In this document: in pieces, positions 58,262 to 64,000 of the stretch | How positions within the stretch are numbered: the stretch's first letter is position 1 | How the letters are laid out: each line of letters opens with the position of its first letter | DNA from: Thermotogota bacterium | GTDB lineage: Bacteria; Thermotogota; Thermotogae; Petrotogales; Petrotogaceae | Direction of reading: 5' to 3' | Assembly: GCA_022704305.1 (NCBI GenBank) | Contig: JAKJGQ010000001.1 | Span: forward strand, 16,779-80,778 | DNA length: 64,000 nt | Notes under the pieces: generated by a model | What the model was told of the DNA's origin: nothing | The model's input: the letters and a program-made list of their open reading frames with translations, nothing else | Databases searched by the model: none | Position numbers and translations under genes: made by a program

Positions 58262-59212
58262 ATGTTTTTTGATATTTCAGGAATAAGTAAACGTTCCAGT
58301 CAGCAATACGATATCGTAATTATAGGTGGAGGGCCTGCCGGAATAAGTGCTGCTATTTATGCTTCTCAAGGAGGTCTAAAACCACTTTTAATAGAAAAAA
58401 CTATTGAAGGGGGCCAGATGAACCTCACACAAAGTATTGAGAATTATCCTGGCATACTCTCAATTGACGGGACTGTTCTTTCAAAAGACATGGCTGCACA
58501 CGCGCGTGCTTTCGGAACTGAATTTGAATTTTCGCAGGTGAAAGAAATACTGCTTGAAGGTGATACCAAAACAGTTATTCTTGAATCTGCAGAAAAGATT
58601 ACTGCAAAAGTTATTATCGTTGCTTCAGGAGCAAACCCACGATTTCTGGGGGCAAAAAATGAGCAAAAATATATAAGTAAAGGGGTTTCTTATTGTGCAA
58701 GTTGTGATGGGCACTTTTTTAAAAACAAAAAAATTGCTGTAGTAGGTGGAGGGAATACCGCTGTACAGGAGAGCATTTTTCTTTCTAAGATTGCTCAGGA
58801 AGTTGTTCTTATACACCGCAGAGATAAATTACGTGCAGATAAGATATATCAAGACAGAATATTCACGATAAGTAACATAAGATATTTATGGGATTCACAG
58901 GTAGTTGAGATAAACGGCGATACAAATGTAGAATCGCTTATGATAAAAAATGTGAAAGACCAAAGCGTTATATCTGAAAGATTTGACGGTGTTTTCATTT
59001 TTGTCGGTGCTGCTCCTTCAACATCTTTTATTAAAGAAATAGTTAAGCTTGATCAGGAAGGTTATATCATAACGGATGAAAATATGGAGAGTTCTGTAAG
59101 CGGTATATATGCTGTAGGAGATGTGCGGCATAAAGAATTGAGACAGATAGTAACTGCAGTTGCTGACGGAGCTATTGCCGCAGCACATGCAGTGAGAAAG
59201 TATTTTGCATAA
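58262..59212 (+). CDS. trxB: thioredoxin reductase
   Basis: FAD motif GGGPAG, redox-active CASC (YCASCDG), and the NADPH motif GGGNTA. Confidence 0.9.
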   Translation: MFFDISGISKRSSQQYDIVIIGGGPAGISAAIYASQGGLKPLLIEKTIEGGQMNLTQSIENYPGILSIDGTVLSKDMAAHARAFGTEFEFSQVKEILLEGDTKTVILESAEKITAKVIIVASGANPRFLGAKNEQKYISKGVSYCASCDGHFFKNKKIAVVGGGNTAVQESIFLSKIAQEVVLIHRRDKLRADKIYQDRIFTISNIRYLWDSQVVEINGDTNVESLMIKNVKDQSVISERFDGVFIFVGAAPSTSFIKEIVKLDQEGYIITDENMESSVSGIYAVGDVRHKELRQIVTAVADGAIAAAHAVRKYFA

Positions 59213-59242
59213 AATAATTTTCCAGAATAAAAATAAAAAGGG

Positions 59243-60712
59243 GTGTTTAATTTGTTCAGGGAAACTCTGACTTTTGACGATGTATTGCTGATTCCAAAAT
59301 ACAGTGAAGTAATACCTTCTCAGGTTGATACGAAAAGTTTATTTGTAAAAGACATATATCTTAAGGTTCCGTTTATTTCGGCTGCAATGGACACCGTTAC
59401 TGAGTCTGGGATGGCTAAGGCAATGGCAAGGGAAGGTGGCGTAGGAATCATACATAAGAATATGAGCATTGACGAACAGGTTCATGAGGTTGTGAAAGTT
59501 AAGAGAGCAGAAAACGGTGTTATCTATGATCCGATAACTATAGGTCCCAAAATGCCCGTTTTTGAAGCCGAAAAAATAATGCAGGAATATAGAATAGGCG
59601 GTTTGCCTGTAGTAGATAAAGAAGGCAAACTGTTAGGTATCCTAACCAATCGTGATATTAGATTTGAAAGAAATTCCAGAAAACTTGTAAGTGAGCTTAT
59701 GACTCCATATAAAGACCTTATAGTAGCAGGTGTAAAAACAGGTATTGATGAGGCAAAAGAAATTCTTCACATCAATAAGATTGAAAAGCTTCCTATTGTT
59801 GATGATAATCAGAAAATTGCAGGATTAATAACCATAAAAGATGTGATGTCTGTTATCGAGCATCCTTTTGCATCAAGAGATAAAAAGGGAAGACTTCTTG
59901 TTGGTGCAGCCATAGGAGTAAGTGATGGCGTTGAAAGAGCTAAAAAACTAATAGAAGCAAGTGTTGATGTTCTGGTTCTTGATTCGGCTCACGGACATTC
60001 GATGAATATTATTCAGACACTTAAAAAAATAAAAAGTCTTTTCCCTGAAACTCCAGTGATCGCAGGAAATGTAGCCACAAAAGAAGGAGCTGCTGATCTT
60101 ATTAATGCCGGTGCTGACGCAATAAAAGTCGGGATAGGTCCTGGTTCAATATGTACAACAAGAATAATAGCTGGTATAGGTGTTCCTCAGCTTACTGCTA
60201 TTTCAGATGTTTATGAAGTAGCTAAAACATATAAGATACCTGTGATAGCTGACGGTGGGATCAGATACTCTGGGGATGCCGTTAAAGCTCTTGCTGCCGG
60301 AGCAAATACTATAATGATGGGTTCTATATTTGCAGGGACAGATGAAGCACCAGGAGAGACTATAATATACCAGGGCAGAAAGTTTAAAACTTACAGAGGT
60401 ATGGGCTCAATAAGTGCAATGAAGAAGGGAAGCAAGGACAGATACTTCCAGGCTGATGTTGAGGATGCAGAAAAACTTGTTCCTGAGGGTGTAGAAGGAA
60501 TGGTTGATTATAAAGGTGGAGTAAAGGATGTAATATATCAGCTTGTAGGTGGAGTAAAATCGGGGATGGGGTATGTAGGTGCTGAAAATATTACTCAGCT
60601 TGTTGAAAAAGCCGAGTTTATAAAGATTAGCTCTGCAGGGGTTAAAGAAAGTCACCCGCACGATATAACCATAACCAAAGAGTCGCCGAATTACTACTAT
60701 CCCGGCAAATAA
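59243..60712 (+). CDS. guaB: IMP dehydrogenase
   Basis: Tandem CBS domains inserted in a TIM barrel. Catalytic loop [14 protein letters not shown] start. Confidence 0.95.
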   Translation: MFNLFRETLTFDDVLLIPKYSEVIPSQVDTKSLFVKDIYLKVPFISAAMDTVTESGMAKAMAREGGVGIIHKNMSIDEQVHEVVKVKRAENGVIYDPITIGPKMPVFEAEKIMQEYRIGGLPVVDKEGKLLGILTNRDIRFERNSRKLVSELMTPYKDLIVAGVKTGIDEAKEILHINKIEKLPIVDDNQKIAGLITIKDVMSVIEHPFASRDKKGRLLVGAAIGVSDGVERAKKLIEASVDVLVLDSAHGHSMNIIQTLKKIKSLFPETPVIAGNVATKEGAADLINAGADAIKVGIGPGSICTTRIIAGIGVPQLTAISDVYEVAKTYKIPVIADGGIRYSGDAVKALAAGANTIMMGSIFAGTDEAPGETIIYQGRKFKTYRGMGSISAMKKGSKDRYFQADVEDAEKLVPEGVEGMVDYKGGVKDVIYQLVGGVKSGMGYVGAENITQLVEKAEFIKISSAGVKESHPHDITITKESPNYYYPGK

Positions 60713-60756
60713 GTTCTGCCTTCCTGTTATTATATGTTACGTTAGCTGATGAAATA

Positions 60757-60785
60757 GTTGCAATTTCATTAAAATAAATGTATAA
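60757..60785 (+). promoter_or_regulatory. Sigma-70-type promoter TTGCAA-N17-TATAAT
   Basis: Near-consensus -35 and -10 elements with a 17-nt spacer, about 20 nt upstream of GGGAGGTG and the start of the 60809 gene. Confidence 0.55.
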
Positions 60786-60808
60786 TATTTACAGGGAGGT
60801 GAACAAAC

Positions 60809-61165
60809 ATGGACAATCTGCGAAAGAATTTTAAAGATATTCTTGAGTTCAAAAATATTGAAAACGCATATAAATCATATATAGACAGTAATGGAAAGAT
60901 TCCTGTGGAGGAGCTTTACATAGATGATAATCTGAAAGAGAAACTTAAAAAGGTCATTGAAGATGACAAAGGCTTTATTATAATGAATACCGATGAAAAG
61001 GAAAGTTCGGAAGCACTGGATGTAGGAGATGTTTATCAGTTGGTTGAGGAGCTTAATGCTTTGGGTTTTGCAACAAATTTTATTTTTTCTTATAATCTGA
61101 AGGATCTTATAATAAAAGTTCGAAAGGTTGCTCCTGACAATACTGATGAAGGCATGAAATGGTAG
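60809..61165 (+). CDS. hypothetical protein
   Basis: 118 aa acidic protein with its own promoter and an SD. No recognisable motif. Confidence 0.5.
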   Translation: MDNLRKNFKDILEFKNIENAYKSYIDSNGKIPVEELYIDDNLKEKLKKVIEDDKGFIIMNTDEKESSEALDVGDVYQLVEELNALGFATNFIFSYNLKDLIIKVRKVAPDNTDEGMKW

Positions 61166-61169
61166 AGCT

Positions 61170-61439
61170 ATGCAGAGCTATAAAATGCTTCTTTACGGAA
61201 GGGTTCAGGGAGTTGGCTTGCGATACTTTGCCGCTCAACTGGCTTCAAAATATTCTATGTGTGGATATGTGAAAAATAATTCTGATAGTAGTGTGGAAAT
61301 TATGTTACAAGGAAGTGATGATAATATAAGAAGATTCAGAAATGAACTTTTTCACGGAAATGGAATCATCAGAATTGAAGATATAAAAGAAGAAAGAGTC
61401 GACGGAGAATCATTAAAAGATTTTACAATAAGATATTAA
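61170..61439 (+). CDS. acyP: acylphosphatase
   Basis: Acylphosphatase signature GRVQGVGLRY and GYVKN. Confidence 0.85.
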   Translation: MQSYKMLLYGRVQGVGLRYFAAQLASKYSMCGYVKNNSDSSVEIMLQGSDDNIRRFRNELFHGNGIIRIEDIKEERVDGESLKDFTIRY

Positions 61440-61444
61440 AGGGA

Positions 61445-62320
61445 GTGGTATATATTATCGGATTAATTTGTGACTCTGGCTGTGACCTTCCTCAGGAATA
61501 CATTAAACAGAACGGTATTTTTTCAGTTAAGCTTAAAGTTATTTTAGATGATGTCATGTATAAAGATCTTGAAGAAGTTCAGGAGGAAACTGTTATAGAT
61601 TATATGAAGACAAAGTTTCCAAAGACTTCGCTTCCTTCTCATGCTGAGGTGAAAGAAGGCTTTACAGAGCTTATAAAGAGCGGTTGTAATGAGATAATAG
61701 GCATTACCATATCAGGTAAGCTTAGCGGAACAAACAATATGTTCAATCTGGTAGCCAAAGAGCTGATGCAGGAAAACAAAGATCTTTGCATTGAAATAAT
61801 AGATACTTTGAGTATTTCTATAGGAACTGGTCTTTATGTATATAAAACAGCCGAGCTTATAAAAAAAGGTAGAAGTTTTTCTGAAATAATAAAAAATGTT
61901 AAGGAATCAATTCCAAAGAAAGTGAAAGTTTTTTTCACTATTCCTACCCTTAAGTACTTAAAAGCCGGTGGAAGAATAGGAAAAGTAATGGGAACGCTCG
62001 GCGATATTATTAACATAAAACCTGTTATCTCTGTTAATGAAGAAGGAATATACTATACTGTTTCAAAAGATAGAGGAATGAAAGCTTCAGTAGAATCCAT
62101 GTACAAGCATTTTGAAAAGTTTGTTGAAAATCAGAAATTTGTAGTAGCGGTATATAAAGCTGGGGTTCAGCCTATTACAAATCAGTTTGTGCAAAATATT
62201 CTGGACAATGTTCAGAAAATGAAAAATATGACTTCAAAGTTTACAGGTACTATATCTTCAGCACTTCTGGTTCATACCGGGGACGGACTAGTAGGAATAG
62301 CGGCATTAATAGATGATTGA
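61445..62320 (+). CDS. DegV-family fatty-acid-binding protein
   Basis: DegV fold blocks (ITISGKLSGT, KAGGRIGKV). Confidence 0.8.
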   Translation: MVYIIGLICDSGCDLPQEYIKQNGIFSVKLKVILDDVMYKDLEEVQEETVIDYMKTKFPKTSLPSHAEVKEGFTELIKSGCNEIIGITISGKLSGTNNMFNLVAKELMQENKDLCIEIIDTLSISIGTGLYVYKTAELIKKGRSFSEIIKNVKESIPKKVKVFFTIPTLKYLKAGGRIGKVMGTLGDIINIKPVISVNEEGIYYTVSKDRGMKASVESMYKHFEKFVENQKFVVAVYKAGVQPITNQFVQNILDNVQKMKNMTSKFTGTISSALLVHTGDGLVGIAALIDD

Positions 62321-62936
62321 TTTTGAAAAAAGCATAGAAAAGAAGTTTCCTGTTTTTGAAATGGAAATAGAGTTTCTTCAGAAATATAAAGAGTACTCTG
62401 TTACTTTACCATTAATTAATGTATCCGGCAGATATCATATACTATTTGAAATCAGAAGTCAAAGTCTTTATGAACAGCCTGGCGAAGTATGCTTTCCTGG
62501 AGGCAGAGTTGAAAAAGATGAGTATCCAATTCAGGCTGCTTTGCGTGAAACATATGAAGAACTTGGTATAAAGCCTGTAGATATAAAAATTATTGGACGT
62601 ATGAAGCCTTGGATTCCTCAGTTTATGTCAGTTATTCATCCTTTTATTGCCGTTCTAAAGAAAGATGATTTTCATATAAATCCTATGGAAGTTGAAGATA
62701 TATTTTGTGTTCCAGTTGAATATTTTTTTAATACTGTTCCAGAACAGGGATGTACAGAAATAGTGGTAAAGCCTTCTGAGAATTTTCCGTATCATCTTAT
62801 TCAAGCTGGTAGGGATTATAAGTGGAGAAATGTTTCTATGCCAGTGTATTTTTATAAATACAAAGAAAGAATAATATGGGGATTGACAGCATTTATAACA
62901 AAAGTTTTTTCTCAGATGCTTAAAGATGAGGTGTAA
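62313..62936 (+). CDS. NUDIX hydrolase (CoA pyrophosphatase-like)
   Basis: Nudix box GGRVEKDEYPIQAALRETYEELGI. Confidence 0.8.
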   Translation: MIDFEKSIEKKFPVFEMEIEFLQKYKEYSVTLPLINVSGRYHILFEIRSQSLYEQPGEVCFPGGRVEKDEYPIQAALRETYEELGIKPVDIKIIGRMKPWIPQFMSVIHPFIAVLKKDDFHINPMEVEDIFCVPVEYFFNTVPEQGCTEIVVKPSENFPYHLIQAGRDYKWRNVSMPVYFYKYKERIIWGLTAFITKVFSQMLKDEV

Positions 62937-62939
62937 GTA

Positions 62940-63419
62940 GTGGGAATATCTTTTGTCCCAAGTATTATTGATGATTTTGTACTTAAAGATTATAAAAATG
63001 AAGATATAAAATCAATTGATTTTAGAGGTAAGTGGATAGTCCTCTATTTTTATCCTAAAGACGGTACAGCAGGCTGTACCAAGGAGGCCAATGATTTTTC
63101 GAGTCTTATAGATGATTTTTTGAAAGAAGAGACAGTTGTTATTGGCATAAGTCCCGATAAGACTGAGACGCATAAAAAATTTATCCTCAAAAATAATCTT
63201 AAAATAATACTTTTGAGTGATCCTGAAAAAGTACTAATTGAAAAATTAGGGGTATGGCAGCTCAAACAGATGTATGGAAAACAGTACTACGGAGTATCGA
63301 GGACCACTTTTATTCTTGATAGTGAGATGAACGTCAGGTATATCTGGGAAAAAGTACATGTAAATGGTCATGCGCAAACGGTACTTGAAAAACTCATAGA
63401 ACTGAAAACTAATAAATGA
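62940..63419 (+). CDS. bcp: peroxiredoxin (Bcp/PrxQ, AhpC-TSA family)
   Basis: Peroxidatic Cys in FYPKDGTAGCTKEA. Confidence 0.85.
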   Translation: MGISFVPSIIDDFVLKDYKNEDIKSIDFRGKWIVLYFYPKDGTAGCTKEANDFSSLIDDFLKEETVVIGISPDKTETHKKFILKNNLKIILLSDPEKVLIEKLGVWQLKQMYGKQYYGVSRTTFILDSEMNVRYIWEKVHVNGHAQTVLEKLIELKTNK

Positions 63420-63437
63420 AACCGTCCTTTGAATTAT

Positions 63438-63486
63438 GAAGTGAACCCCTTTCGTCAGATTCTGTCTAACTAAAGGGGTTCACTTC
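63438..63486. terminator. Bidirectional terminator between bcp and ferritin
   Basis: Perfect 14-bp arms GAAGTGAACCCCTT / AAGGGGTTCACTTC with a 21-nt loop. Confidence 0.6.
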
Positions 63487-63504
63487 ATTAAGGGCGGTTT
63501 TTAT

Positions 63505-63999
63505 TTAACCTTCTCTTTTGGATAATTCAGAGTCAAGCATAAAGAGGCCTTGCATATGATCACCTATTTTTTCAAGTTTTTGAAGTATTTCAAGAGTGTT
63601 TGCTTCTTCTTCTACCTGCTCGTCGGCATACCAGTTAAGGAAAGAAACGGTTGCATGGTCTTTTAATTCAATTGCATAGTCGGCTATGTTATAGATCCTT
63701 GCTGTAACGTTTTTTTCATGCTCATATGCTTCTTTAAATACCTCTTTAGCTGAAATCCACTCAGTTTTGGGAGCCTGAATACTTTTCAATAATACTCTTG
63801 CTCCTCTTTCATTTACGTAATCAAAAAATTTTTGGGCATGCTTAAGTTCTTCATAAGCCTGTATCTTCATCCAATTTGCAAACCCCTTAAGATTTTCTGA
63901 TTCAAAGTAAGCGGCCATAGAAAGATAAATATATCCCGAGTACATTTCGTAGTTGATCTGATCATTAATGAGTTCCTGTATTCTTTCATTCATAAGCAT
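63505..63999 (-). CDS. ftn: ferritin (non-haem, Ftn-type)
   Basis: Ferroxidase di-iron ligands (E..Y...E..H pattern: EMYSGYIY, EELKHAQK). The start codon is 1-2 nt from the window edge. Confidence 0.8.
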   Translation of the reverse strand: MLMNERIQELINDQINYEMYSGYIYLSMAAYFESENLKGFANWMKIQAYEELKHAQKFFDYVNERGARVLLKSIQAPKTEWISAKEVFKEAYEHEKNVTARIYNIADYAIELKDHATVSFLNWYADEQVEEEANTLEILQKLEKIGDHMQGLFMLDSELSKREG

Positions 64000-64000
64000 A

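Noticed and set aside
1-64000. CRISPR arrays, tRNA or rRNA genes
   Set aside because: No regularly spaced direct repeats longer than 20 nt were seen. No GC-rich 70-90 nt cloverleaf-like islands occur in any intergenic region. Every gap between ORFs is AT-rich and short.
1-64000. Prophage, IS or integrase signatures
   Set aside because: No transposase, integrase or recombinase ORFs, and no terminal inverted repeats flanking a block. The accessory-looking stretch at 27-35 kb lacks mobility genes.

Overview
This 64 kb window is a gene-dense chromosomal segment of roughly 30% GC that contains dnaA. About 72 protein genes are called. No rRNA, tRNA, CRISPR array or obvious mobile element is visible; the few GC-rich spots are short terminator hairpins. 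Several features point to a low-GC member of the Thermotogae: an SLH + long coiled-coil + C-terminal transmembrane anchor protein like Ompα, a minC gene followed by three tandem M42 peptidases, a methylmalonyl-CoA mutase encoded as separate large and small subunits, a glutaredoxin-like protein next to TrxR, and lysine-rich proteins. This is an inference from gene content, not a database hit. Content in order: the 3' part of gpsA, then dnaA, tdh-kbl, mnmG, tctCBA, a secreted beta-propeller protein, dnaK, a PHP phosphoesterase, a glycerophosphodiesterase and a racemase-like gene. Next comes a tightly packed minus-strand block (marR, a 6x PEGA protein, the Ompα-like protein, a patatin, a possible degenerate patatin paralog, an LptC-like protein, serS, rsmE), which I interpret as a candidate toga (outer envelope) biogenesis and remodelling locus. 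Then argS, a PC4-like protein, a methyltransferase, an orphan RHH regulator, a secreted protein, and an MFS transporter preceded by a candidate 20-codon leader peptide. Then a Bce-type two-component system with an ABC (ATPase + FtsX) module, mgsA, three M42 aminopeptidases and minC. Then a methylmalonyl-CoA cluster (mutase large and small subunits, MeaB, epimerase, carboxyltransferase, OadG-like protein, BCCP) that lacks the Na+-pumping beta subunit. Then dnaQ-like, a cyclophilin, pstSCAB-phoU-phoB-phoR, rpsF-ssb-rpsR-rplI, an RNase Z-like gene, NfeD-SPFH, a Grx-like PDO with trxB, guaB, an acylphosphatase, degV, a NUDIX gene, bcp and ferritin. Regulatory candidates are several perfect palindromic terminators and operator-like palindromes upstream of the marR-divergent gene and upstream of the mutase operon. 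There are also three phased CTTAATAA repeats upstream of pstS, a structured rpsF leader, a CIRCE-core inverted repeat near dnaK, and a consensus sigma-70 promoter after guaB. Coordinates of small features may be off by 1-2 nt.
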